Virus record (IMG/VR): IMGVR_UViG_3300028587_000040
Location: 1-24,668 of that record
Direction: 5' to 3' (one strand)
DNA length: 24,668 bases
Origin: a virus
Lineage: Duplodnaviria; Caudoviricetes
Below, in pieces: positions 8,178 to 16,730 of the stretch. The position numbers were made by a program, and so were the translations under genes. The notes below the pieces were generated by a model. It was not told the origin of the DNA. It saw nothing but the letters and a program-made list of their open reading frames with translations, and did no database searches. Position 1 is the stretch's first letter, and each line of letters opens with the position of its first letter.

Positions 8178-11100
8178 TTAGTCATCCCAAGCACGCTCGT
8201 GGATATTAGCACCACGAACCACGTGATCTGGAGCACCGGAGAGCTTGACGGTTTCCGAGGCGAACTTCTTCAGCTCGTGGCGGTTGAGGCTGAGCATCTC
8301 TCGGGGGATCTCGTCAAGCTTTTGTGGCTTATCCCCGTTCTGTAGAAAGACGAAGCTGGCACTCTTGTTATTCTTGTTCGCCTGGTAGAAAGCCTCATGA
8401 TTCTTGATACCGATGGCGTAGGAGTCGGCGAATACGGCAGCGTCCACCATCCGACCGTCTTTTGGATCAGCCGCACGCTTGACCACACCTCGCTTCGGGT
8501 GGGCCCATTGCGTCTTCGGGTCGGCGTTGACAAAGGCGTAGTTGGCCTTGAGCCCACGCTTCTCCGCCTCCTTGAGCACCCACGGATTCTCGATCGCGTT
8601 GTTGTCTCCGGCCGAGTCCCATACGGCTTTGGCCTGTTTCTTAAGAGCGAGGGCTTCTGGAACGTTATCAAGGGCATAGCCTTTGCCTGCACCGCAGCCA
8701 CCAACCGTGACCAACACCTCGTCTCCCGGCTTGAGGGTGTTCAGGTGTTGCACAAAGGCACGCTTGGCTAGAGCATTCGCGGTGCCGTGGAGTGCGACAT
8801 TCAGGGTTGCCCGGTTTTGGGCTCGTTGAGCCAACGGTGTTTTATCATTGGACCAGGCCGAGGAGAGAGCCTTTGCGTCATCGGTGCCAAACGTCGGTGG
8901 ATCACCCGTCTTAGCAGCCTTCTCCATTACCTGCTTATAGAACTCTGCAGCCATCCCGTCTGGATCCTTGTTGTAGGCATCCATGAACTTCTTCTCCACC
9001 CGCCGTTCACGGTGCGTCAGCCCAGGCATTGGCTTGAGCGGAGGTGGTGGCGGGACGTCGAAGGCTCCAACCCCGACTCTCGCGTGATCGGTGATACCAT
9101 CCTTGTTCTTATCGTGCTCAACGTTCGGCTTGTAGGAAGCTCCTGGAGGCGGTGGAGCTACCACTTCCTGCGCAAGCTTCGACTTGTTCAGCTTGGTGCG
9201 AGCGGTGCCATCCGCCTTGGCCTTGGCTTTATCTTCCGCTACCTTCTTCTCCGCCGCTGCCTTTGCCTTGGCTTCCTTTGCTTCATCCTTCTCCAGGTTC
9301 GGATTCTTCATTAGCGTGCGAGAGGGCTTACGTGAGCCGTAAGGCGAACTAGGCTTGCCGCGCACCTTGGGAGGTCGAGGACCCATTGGACCGGAACCCG
9401 TTTCGTCCACTCCACCCTTTGCTCCAGCTACTGCCTCCTTGACTCCCTTGGCCCCCCTAGCACCTCTGCTCTTCGTTGCGCCACCAGCTGCGCCACTACC
9501 GCAAGTTGCCTTAATGCCGCCACCCTTGCCCGTAGCACAGAAGACGTTGTAGAGAGGAAGAGAAATCCATTCGGTAGTCGCAGGCTTGAACTCCAGAAGC
9601 CTATGCCGACGCTCTCTCTTGAGAAGTAGTAGTGTATCTGCGTTGACTACCGGCGGTTTGGGCAGCGAAGGTATAGGCATCCACAGCACCTTAGAGCGGC
9701 GATTGAGAGCATACTCTAAGTTGTCTAGCCAAGCCTTTCTAGCTTCGCGTTCCAGCGGATTCTGTACTTCCTCTAGCTGGAGGTTATCTGTGACCTTGGC
9801 TAGTAGCTTCTTGACGGAAGGTAGGGAATCGTTGGTAGGCAGTCTGCCCTTCGCTGGAGCCCAGTAGCTATGGGACCGCTTGTTCCACGTCTGCTCCATT
9901 GCGTCTAGCCAGGGCCTGGCGTTACCGGTGGGAGGCTTGGGAGTACCTGGCGGTTTAGGCGTGCCAGGAGGCATCGGTGGCTTGGGACCGCCGGGGAAAC
10001 CGCCGCCTGCACCACCCAGCGGTGGATTCTCGGTGTCTTGCGGCAGCATGGCACTCGGCTCTTCGGCTAGGCCCATCTCCATCATATCCGCCTGATCTTC
10101 GAGTTCGTCCATCTGCTTATCGTCAACGTACTCCTGGGCAGACTCGACGAGCTGGATCGCTTCCTCTTCCGTGAAGCCCATCATGATAAAGATGTCGATC
10201 GGCGATATGAGCTGCTCGCCACCACCAGAGAGGTAGGCTGTCAGTGCGGTCATGCGAGTTTGCGTGAGGGTAGCTTTGTCTAAGTCGCTGGGAGAGTCTA
10301 CGTCGCCCCACTTGACAAAGAACTCTTCCGGCTCTGGGAGGATGCCTAGGTTGATCAAGCGGTCAACGAAGGGCACGATGATCCTAGGCGTGATGTACTT
10401 CTGCTGACGCTCCCGTAGCCGATCGTTCCATGCCGAGTCGTCCTGACTGCTTGCTAGTTCACCGCGTTCGCTGCCCATGAAGACTCGCTTGGGGCAACCG
10501 ATCTGGATACATATCGACTCGATCTGCGTGTTGATCTGCGGGGTGGGGTCTACGACTTGGGTGCCAAGCGGCTTGGCACTAAGCCCAGCAAGAGCGAGCC
10601 AGCGTTGCAGACCGTTCTGGTAGTTCTCGATCTGGTCCCGCAATCCCGCAACGTCGATTGAGGCATCCATGAACTGCGGCAGTTGCTCGAATGAGATGCC
10701 GGGGAACGCTCCCTTCCAGTACATCTCGGCGGAGCCGCCGTAGAGCTTCTGGAGGTCCATCAAGCGATTGAAGACCTGCTTCATACGCGGATGACCGAAG
10801 ATTTCGTTGGAGCCTAGGTTGTCGGCGATATGGACACAGCGGGTCCAGTGGACATTCTTCGTCGCCTGGGTATTGCCAACGCCAGACTGCTCGGCTCCCC
10901 TGGGGTCATTAAACGTGATGTTGTACATGACCGGCTGACCGAAGCGTGGGCTGCTAACGTCGGACTCGAACTGAGTAATCTCCGCCATCGACTCGTCGAA
11001 GGCACGGAGGTACAGGAGCTTCTGGTCCTTCTTCTTCTTGGCAGGCTTGCTGAGATCGTCGCCGTCATCGAGGCCAAGCAGCAGTACACCGTAGTGACCG

Positions 11101-11573
11101 ATGCCGCTAAGGATGTCCGCACGGCGGAGGTACTCCCAGATGGGGTTGCCTTCTTCGGACTTGTACTTGGAGTCTTCGCCTAGGAGACTTGAGCCTAGAG
11201 AATCCCAGGCTTCCTCGAATGGGGTGACTTCCTCGGAGTCTTCGTCTTCATAGACTTCGGGGGAGACTTGCCAGGACTCCTTGGGGAGTACCTGGACAAC
11301 CCTAGCACAGATGGGATCGCGGTCGTAGTGACGGTAGTATTCTGGTGCCGTTACCGACTTGGGATAACCGCACTCATCGTCGATACTACGCCGTGGGTCG
11401 CCTATGCTTCTGAGCCAGTCCTTCCTCGACATCATGGCATTAAGGACCATGCGTACGGAGTCGGGGTTTAGCTTCCGTGAGCCTTCAGGCGAACTAGACT
11501 TGTCGCGGGTATCGTCGTTCAGAGTATCGGCATGTCCATTGCCGTTGGAACCGTTGCCGTTTGTCTCTGGCAT
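8178..11573 (-). CDS. Portal protein (DUF1073-like) with long C-terminal extension ending in a zeta-toxin-like P-loop kinase
   Basis: Position after TerL. Portal-like motifs RRADILSGIGHYGVLLLG, VHWTRCVH, IGCPKRVFMGSERGELASSQD in the first ~480 aa. Then a Pro-rich linker, tag at N676, and VTVGGCGAGKGY...VWDS...KRAADPKDGRMV. Confidence 0.88.
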   Translation of the reverse strand: MPETNGNGSNGNGHADTLNDDTRDKSSSPEGSRKLNPDSVRMVLNAMMSRKDWLRSIGDPRRSIDDECGYPKSVTAPEYYRHYDRDPICARVVQVLPKESWQVSPEVYEDEDSEEVTPFEEAWDSLGSSLLGEDSKYKSEEGNPIWEYLRRADILSGIGHYGVLLLGLDDGDDLSKPAKKKKDQKLLYLRAFDESMAEITQFESDVSSPRFGQPVMYNITFNDPRGAEQSGVGNTQATKNVHWTRCVHIADNLGSNEIFGHPRMKQVFNRLMDLQKLYGGSAEMYWKGAFPGISFEQLPQFMDASIDVAGLRDQIENYQNGLQRWLALAGLSAKPLGTQVVDPTPQINTQIESICIQIGCPKRVFMGSERGELASSQDDSAWNDRLRERQQKYITPRIIVPFVDRLINLGILPEPEEFFVKWGDVDSPSDLDKATLTQTRMTALTAYLSGGGEQLISPIDIFIMMGFTEEEAIQLVESAQEYVDDKQMDELEDQADMMEMGLAEEPSAMLPQDTENPPLGGAGGGFPGGPKPPMPPGTPKPPGTPKPPTGNARPWLDAMEQTWNKRSHSYWAPAKGRLPTNDSLPSVKKLLAKVTDNLQLEEVQNPLEREARKAWLDNLEYALNRRSKVLWMPIPSLPKPPVVNADTLLLLKRERRHRLLEFKPATTEWISLPLYNVFCATGKGGGIKATCGSGAAGGATKSRGARGAKGVKEAVAGAKGGVDETGSGPMGPRPPKVRGKPSSPYGSRKPSRTLMKNPNLEKDEAKEAKAKAAAEKKVAEDKAKAKADGTARTKLNKSKLAQEVVAPPPPGASYKPNVEHDKNKDGITDHARVGVGAFDVPPPPPLKPMPGLTHRERRVEKKFMDAYNKDPDGMAAEFYKQVMEKAAKTGDPPTFGTDDAKALSSAWSNDKTPLAQRAQNRATLNVALHGTANALAKRAFVQHLNTLKPGDEVLVTVGGCGAGKGYALDNVPEALALKKQAKAVWDSAGDNNAIENPWVLKEAEKRGLKANYAFVNADPKTQWAHPKRGVVKRAADPKDGRMVDAAVFADSYAIGIKNHEAFYQANKNNKSASFVFLQNGDKPQKLDEIPREMLSLNRHELKKFASETVKLSGAPDHVVRGANIHERAWDD

Positions 11574-11600
11574 TCTAGCCCCTCACTTTGGCTGCGAGGG

Positions 11601-12173
11601 TCAAACATCATAGTTCTTCTTATACGCTTTCGGCGTGAGAGCCGCTTTCATACTAGCCTTGATTTTCTTGTCCATATCACGGCCCACCGCTTCTTCTCCA
11701 CGAGCCTTGATATCCGCTTCTATTTGAGCATCCCGTTTCTTAGAGGCTTTGGTTGGAGGGTGCTCTACTCGACCGATCGTGGTTGACAATTCTCCATACT
11801 GAGCATCATGTAGCTTGGCCAGCTTACTCAATTCTTTCTTACCAGCCGAGGAAGAGGCATAGGCTTTGTCCTTCTTCAACTCCTGATACTTGGCTGCCGT
11901 TGCTTTCTGGGCCTTGTCCAATTCAGCGATCTTGTCCTTGGAAGCTTCATAGGCTTTCGCAACTGCTTTGTTCTTGAGCTTGATAATAATACCAGGAGCC
12001 GGACTCACCGTTGGTGTCTTGTCCTTTGCATAAAAGCTTTTCCCAACGTCGAAGGTCTTCTTCCCTGCTCCTGGTAGCGGACATGGTCCCGGCTTCCCGC
12101 CTTTGCCCCCACAATTAAGTATGGGCACTTTGCCATTTGTGCCTACTACTTCGACTGGTACAAACTTAGCCAT
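11601..12173 (-). CDS. Tag-bearing Lys/Ala-rich putative internal head protein (190 aa)
   Basis: GGAGG RBS; MAKFVPVEVVG...PILNCGGKGGKPGPCP. Confidence 0.85.
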   Translation of the reverse strand: MAKFVPVEVVGTNGKVPILNCGGKGGKPGPCPLPGAGKKTFDVGKSFYAKDKTPTVSPAPGIIIKLKNKAVAKAYEASKDKIAELDKAQKATAAKYQELKKDKAYASSSAGKKELSKLAKLHDAQYGELSTTIGRVEHPPTKASKKRDAQIEADIKARGEEAVGRDMDKKIKASMKAALTPKAYKKNYDV

Positions 12174-12192
12174 ATGTTCCTCCGTAAAGATC

Positions 12193-12660
12193 TTAGCGGC
12201 GTTTGCCCAGTCCCTTCAAAACCTTACTGGCTTGGGCAGAGGAGATCGGAGGAGTAGTTAGTCCTAGACCAGCTCCACCCTCAGAGATCTTCTTCTTCAC
12301 CTTTTCGCCCTTCACAGAGAGTTGCCGATTGATTCGCTCCGTGTGCATCGCTCCCTGAACCTTCATCAACGGCTCCATCTCCTTGTCCAGCTTATCCCTG
12401 GCTGGTCCCTTTTCCATGCGAAGCCAAGTCTGCATCTTCGCATCCAGTACCTTTGTGGCTACTTTCAACTTGGAGACTAGCTCGGAGTCGGACATCTTGG
12501 AGGCAAAGCCTTTGCCACCCTTACCACCCCCAGCCTTGCCTTTACCCTTCCCACCCCCAGTGGTAGGACAAGGTCCAGGCTTGCCACCCTTTCCCCCACA
12601 ATTCAGAACCGGCATCCCATTCCGCACACCAACTGCCTCTACTTCAACGAATCTAGCCAT
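12193..12660 (-). CDS. Tag-bearing Lys/Gly-rich putative internal head protein (155 aa)
   Basis: MARFVEVEAVG...PVLNCGGKGGKPGPCP; N-terminus paralogous to 11601-12173. Confidence 0.85.
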   Translation of the reverse strand: MARFVEVEAVGVRNGMPVLNCGGKGGKPGPCPTTGGGKGKGKAGGGKGGKGFASKMSDSELVSKLKVATKVLDAKMQTWLRMEKGPARDKLDKEMEPLMKVQGAMHTERINRQLSVKGEKVKKKISEGGAGLGLTTPPISSAQASKVLKGLGKRR

Positions 12661-12694
12661 CGCTCTCTCTGTCTCCTTACAAGCTGCGTCCCGT

Positions 12695-14365
12695 TTAGTA
12701 ACTTGGTAACGAAGAGAACAAACTCCCTGCTCGTAGCTTCTTCTCTGGGTAGGTCATAATGAAGACGGCTAGGACCAGCGAATCGGCTTCGTCGGGGCTA
12801 CACCCTATTATATCGGCCAGGCACTGCGTGGTACTATCCCGGTCTTTCTTGTGCTTCGGCGGGAGGTAGAGCCGACCTTCTTCATCCCACTTCTTGGGGA
12901 AAGGACTGAGCTGACGGCGTAGCTCTCCGTAGCATCCGGGGAGGCCGAATCCATTCGGATTCCCAATCGGGTCCAGGAGCATACTGAGGAGGTGGTACAT
13001 CTGTACTCGGCGGTTCTTGTAGTTATACCGCTCCTCAATCAGGTCCTTACGTTCCGTGAAGAGGACCGGGTTGCGCCGCATCTCAATATTCACGGCTTCG
13101 CCAAAGGCGACCGTGCGTACAATCGCTCCTTGGGCTCGCATCATATCCGCTAATTGCGTACCACCACCGCCTCGGTCAAAGGCGACATTCTCTGGCTTGA
13201 TATTGTACCGTGCCATCAAGGCCATCGCTTTGACAATCACATCCGTGGTGACAGGAGTCTTGATGGAAACCTGCTCGACGAGGCCTAGCTGAGTGATCAC
13301 ACTAAACGCACTACTGTCCCCGCCTTCTGCTGGGTCAATGCCGAGATACTTCTCCAGCTTGCGGTGAGCCTCCGGTGGAATCTCCTTGGCTCGCTTTTGT
13401 GCAATATCCAGCCAATCGGGTGGGAATAGCAGATTCTCCACCCCCTTATAGAACTCCGCGTCGAGGCTGACACACTGACGAGGCTTCTCCCAATACTTTC
13501 TCCGCGTGAGGTATTCATCGTAGGGTAGAACTCCGGGTAGGATCATCTCCCCAGTGACCGGTAGTCCCTTTTCTTCTTGCGACTTCGCGAACTGTACGTT
13601 CGGGCTGTCCTCGGCCTTGATGCGTATGACCTTGCGATAGTAGCCTTTGCCGATCTCGTTCTTCAGGTCGCCGCCTGGGTCGTTGTTCTCTGGGTCTCCT
13701 TCAATCGCCTTATAGAAGAAGTTCCGGCAGTCCCAGGTATTGCCGATAATCAGCATGCGGGTAGCCCAGGTGCTGCACATCGTGTAGTACATGTCGGCTA
13801 GACTGGAGGCTTCGTCGCCGACAAAGAGGGTCCGAGGAATCAGCGGATCTCGTATGGGGTCGTGGTGACCCTGGAGAGCCGCTTCATTCTGCGGATTGGC
13901 GACCTGGCCAATGACATAGTTGAGAGCGAGCGTCTCCCTGTTGGCCGGATCAATCTTCCGTAGCTCTCGCCCTAGAATATGGATCGGCCCACCCCGAGTA
14001 CTGTCAATCGGGATTACGGACTCATTGATAAACCGGTGAATCTCTCCCCACAGCACTCGCAGGTGATCGTCCTTCGCCGAGGTCGTCAGTATCCGGCATG
14101 GCTTGCGAGTGAGGAAGAAGTGCAGCACCGCTAGACCAGCGACAAAATCTTTACCCAACATATTGCCGGCAGGGACTACCGTAATACGATTGTCGCGAAG
14201 ACTATAGAAGATTTCCCGCTGCGGGGTGTAGAGGTCAATATGAGGCCAGAACCGTTTACAGAAGGCAATGGGGTTCTCGCGATCAAACTTCATCTGGGCA
14301 GTATCATTCACCTTGAGTCTACTAGTGGGCTTCGTAGACTTAGGCATCATCCCTGCAATTGTCAC
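12695..14365 (-). CDS. terL: Terminase large subunit
   Basis: YTPQ Q-motif, Walker A-like VVPAGNMLGKD, Walker B FVGDEAS, IIGNT coupling motif, RNase H-like YLGIDPAEGGD...DRGGGG...SPDEADSL. Confidence 0.93.
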   Translation of the reverse strand: MTIAGMMPKSTKPTSRLKVNDTAQMKFDRENPIAFCKRFWPHIDLYTPQREIFYSLRDNRITVVPAGNMLGKDFVAGLAVLHFFLTRKPCRILTTSAKDDHLRVLWGEIHRFINESVIPIDSTRGGPIHILGRELRKIDPANRETLALNYVIGQVANPQNEAALQGHHDPIRDPLIPRTLFVGDEASSLADMYYTMCSTWATRMLIIGNTWDCRNFFYKAIEGDPENNDPGGDLKNEIGKGYYRKVIRIKAEDSPNVQFAKSQEEKGLPVTGEMILPGVLPYDEYLTRRKYWEKPRQCVSLDAEFYKGVENLLFPPDWLDIAQKRAKEIPPEAHRKLEKYLGIDPAEGGDSSAFSVITQLGLVEQVSIKTPVTTDVIVKAMALMARYNIKPENVAFDRGGGGTQLADMMRAQGAIVRTVAFGEAVNIEMRRNPVLFTERKDLIEERYNYKNRRVQMYHLLSMLLDPIGNPNGFGLPGCYGELRRQLSPFPKKWDEEGRLYLPPKHKKDRDSTTQCLADIIGCSPDEADSLVLAVFIMTYPEKKLRAGSLFSSLPSY

Positions 14366-14561
14366 AAGTACTCCTCATCGTTGAGTAGTCCACTGGGACT
14401 CCCGTCGAGTGGCGAGTCTTACAGACTACCATCTCGACAAACTTCGGCAGCTTATGGACCGTGCGCCGGTATCGCTCCGCTTCAGACCATTCCTGCTGAA
14501 TCTGTTCACAGATTGCCCGTATCTCCTCCTGAGTAGGGCAGTAGTTGGTAGGTGCAGCCAT
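14340..14561 (-). CDS. Hypothetical protein with PxxxEIRxxCxxIQxEW motif
   Basis: GAGGT RBS; PTQEEIRAICEQIQQEWSEAERYRR; paralogous motif to 7372-7683. Confidence 0.75.
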   Translation of the reverse strand: MAAPTNYCPTQEEIRAICEQIQQEWSEAERYRRTVHKLPKFVEMVVCKTRHSTGVPVDYSTMRSTCDNCRDDA

Positions 14562-14607
14562 TGTTACCTCGTGGAATAATTAACTAGGTCATCACTTCTA
14601 GCTGCGT

Positions 14608-15336
14608 CTAAGGCTCTTCAGGTTCTTCTTTTAGACCATTAGGAGGTGTAGGAGAGTCAATAATCTCTCCAGTATGGTAGGCTGCGGAGGTAGGATTCTC
14701 GATGAGCTTCGCGAGGTTGTCGGGTACATCCTTGTCACCGTTCATATAGCTCGCCCAGTCAAACTTTACCGTCTGCTCTACGTCAACCGTGCTGTGATCG
14801 TCGAGCATGCCAATATGCTTCGCCAGCAAGTGCAGGGACTCAAGCTTCGCTAGGGGCCGCATGTGAGTCTTCGCATGGACCTCGCCAGTCTCGTTATCCC
14901 TTATATACGATACCTCGACATGTAAGGCCCTAGCAACATGGACAGGCAGCTTCTCGATGGGGATGACTTCGCCGTTGGCGTCGAACATCTCCTGCGGATT
15001 AAACAGGCCGATACTCAGTAGTTCCTTTATTAGTCTAGGACTGTCAAGCTTAAACTGCCAAGCCCGTTCAGCGATCTTCCTCGACAACGCTCGCTCTACT
15101 ATTGGGTTGTTGATAAACCGCTGAGCACGCTGATGCGGATTCTTAAATCCCAAAGTCTTACAGGCATTACTGGGACTAAAATCCTTATCCGCCAACACTG
15201 CCTCGATGAACAATTGCTGGTCCGCACTGAGCCTTGTAATCTCCTTCTTATTCGGCCCACGTTTCACACTTGTATCAATAATTCTTGATCTTGGCATAAA
15301 CCGATTACTCGCTTCAACAATAATAGGTACTAGCAC
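14608..15336 (-). CDS. terS: Terminase small subunit
   Basis: HTH-like LSADQQLFIEAVL..NACKTLGF, ELLSIGLFNPQEMFD, KLESLHLLAKHIGM; upstream of terL; alternative start ATG 15297. Confidence 0.85.
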   Translation of the reverse strand: MLVPIIVEASNRFMPRSRIIDTSVKRGPNKKEITRLSADQQLFIEAVLADKDFSPSNACKTLGFKNPHQRAQRFINNPIVERALSRKIAERAWQFKLDSPRLIKELLSIGLFNPQEMFDANGEVIPIEKLPVHVARALHVEVSYIRDNETGEVHAKTHMRPLAKLESLHLLAKHIGMLDDHSTVDVEQTVKFDWASYMNGDKDVPDNLAKLIENPTSAAYHTGEIIDSPTPPNGLKEEPEEP

Positions 15337-15719
15337 TAACCCACGAAATGCACAAACTCCGTCTCCTCACGGAGAGTACAAGCTTCTCCGTCCCAATTGT
15401 CAATCAGGATTCCTTTGTTCTCGATAAGCTCATCGAACGTCTTCATATACGACCTGCCTTGGTTCTTTCCTTTAATCACCAGAGCAGTTACCCTCTGATG
15501 CAAGTAGTCAATCAGAAACTGAACTTCCCCATCAACATACCTCGTTTCAAGAATCCTAGCATTCTCTCCAATGCTATCCTTCATAACATTAGGCAGATTA
15601 AGTATTGTTTCTCCAGCTGCTGTCGCTAACCTAGCAGACTCATCTACCACAGCAGCAACAGGCAAAGCCGCTACAGCCGCCCCTACTCCCAACTTCAAGA
15701 AGTCTCTACGTTCCATCAC
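15336..15719 (-). CDS. Hypothetical protein with twin-arginine (Tat)-like N-terminus
   Basis: ERRDFLKLGVGAAVAALPVAA. Confidence 0.75.
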   Translation of the reverse strand: MMERRDFLKLGVGAAVAALPVAAVVDESARLATAAGETILNLPNVMKDSIGENARILETRYVDGEVQFLIDYLHQRVTALVIKGKNQGRSYMKTFDELIENKGILIDNWDGEACTLREETEFVHFVG

Positions 15720-16117
15720 GTTTCTCCAAGCTCTAGTCCTAGTAGGGGAACTTGATTCTCTATCCCACTACACCTAGGCACATTGGCAGTGATCTGCGAG
15801 TAGTCCTTAAAGTCCACCTTCACAGCTATCATATCCTGCATCACCGTTTTCTCTACCTTCGGCTGATACCCAAGCGTTACCATGAAGGTCCGGTAATTGA
15901 CTTCAAGCCTGCCTAGCATATACCCTTCCACCTTCGGCAGGCTCTGTTCCTTTACCAACTCCTTGAACGGGATGTGCATTACAGGAAACGGAATCCTACC
16001 AAGAGCAAATGACGCATGAGAAATCGGTTCTACAGCCTCTACAGGAACCGGCAGACTAGGTAGCACACTAGCAACCGCTGTACCCGTAACAAACTTCAGA
16101 AACTCCCGCCGCTCCAT
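15716..16117 (-). CDS. Hypothetical protein with twin-arginine (Tat)-like N-terminus
   Basis: MERREFLKFVTGTAVASVLPSLPV. Confidence 0.75.
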   Translation of the reverse strand: MERREFLKFVTGTAVASVLPSLPVPVEAVEPISHASFALGRIPFPVMHIPFKELVKEQSLPKVEGYMLGRLEVNYRTFMVTLGYQPKVEKTVMQDMIAVKVDFKDYSQITANVPRCSGIENQVPLLGLELGET

Positions 16118-16198
16118 TGCTTTAACCTTTCTCTGCTAGATGATCCAACTTACCTTTCGTACAGTGGCTAGAGCGTTACCGCTCGATCGTACCCATTG

Positions 16199-16648
16199 CT
16201 AGGTTTTTTCTGAATCGCACCCTACTGCATCAACTCGAACAACGACTCGATCTCCCCGCTTGTAAGTATCCGGCTCAACATAAGCCTTCCAATGCTCAGT
16301 GCAGAAGAACTTGCCATTACGGAACCGAATACAGATACGCCGCCCGCAAATACAACAAGGGCCAACAGGTCTATCACTATGTCCAGGTTGCCTACTGCCA
16401 TCACAATCTTCACATCGGAGCGGCGTTCCACTCGTATAAGCCTTACAAGAGAAACACCAGTAGCCAACTATCGGCATTCGAGCTATGGGACTCGCCATTA
16501 CTCCTCCAGCAACGATTTCATTACTCTTCTTCAGCCGCTTCCTCTCTTCTACGGGATTATAGCCTAGCCATTCGTCTACCGTAGTCCAGAGAAATCCAAC
16601 AAGCCGTCCCACGACCACCACGATGGCTACGGTGTAGAGTACTGTCAT
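16199..16648 (-). CDS. Membrane-anchored Cys-rich (Zn-finger-like) protein
   Basis: GAGGAG RBS; N-terminal hydrophobic helix; CxxC...CxxC and CCIC...FCTEH. Confidence 0.75.
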   Translation of the reverse strand: MTVLYTVAIVVVVGRLVGFLWTTVDEWLGYNPVEERKRLKKSNEIVAGGVMASPIARMPIVGYWCFSCKAYTSGTPLRCEDCDGSRQPGHSDRPVGPCCICGRRICIRFRNGKFFCTEHWKAYVEPDTYKRGDRVVVRVDAVGCDSEKT

Positions 16649-16671
16649 TGACCACTCCTCACACGGGAAAA

Positions 16672-16685
16672 TATTTTATAAAATA
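16672..16685. promoter_or_regulatory. Perfect 14-bp AT palindrome, candidate operator
   Basis: TATTTTATAAAATA between the putative promoter and the 16648 start. Confidence 0.4.
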
Positions 16686-16721
16686 CTTGTCGGCAAGCAT
16701 TGCCCCAACCCCCCCTAGCCA

Positions 16722-16730
16722 ATTATAACA
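16722..16730 (-). promoter_or_regulatory. Extended -10 sigma70-type promoter for the packaging/head operon
   Basis: Minus strand TGTTATAAT (TGn+TATAAT) in an AT-rich intergenic gap; no good -35. Confidence 0.6.

Larger units (their letters stand above)
1..12603 (-). repeat. Dispersed protein-level Asn-Cys/Gly tag, 13 copies
   Basis: Type A N[VA][FY]CxTGxGGGxxxxC at 1-27 (truncated), 625-672, 1744-1791, 2329-2376, 3433-3480, 5764-5811, 7249-7296, 9501-9548. Type B NCGGxG(S)GxPGPCP at 1219-1254, 3967-4005, 12081-12116, 12568-12603. Type C NCGIGPGGFQPGNKC at 5173-5217. Confidence 0.92.

Noticed and set aside
8178-11573. Anti-CBASS Acb1 call often attached to this portal family
   Set aside because: No paired HxT 2H-phosphoesterase motifs were recognised in the extension; the fused domain is a P-loop kinase.
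1-12603. Tag repeats as a CRISPR array or DGR template/variable repeats
   Set aside because: Spacing is irregular (hundreds of bp), variation is largely synonymous or conservative, and no cas or reverse transcriptase gene is seen.
1219-12603. Asn-Cys junctions as intein C-terminal splice sites
   Set aside because: No Hint-domain blocks or penultimate His are present, and most copies are N-V/A rather than N-C.
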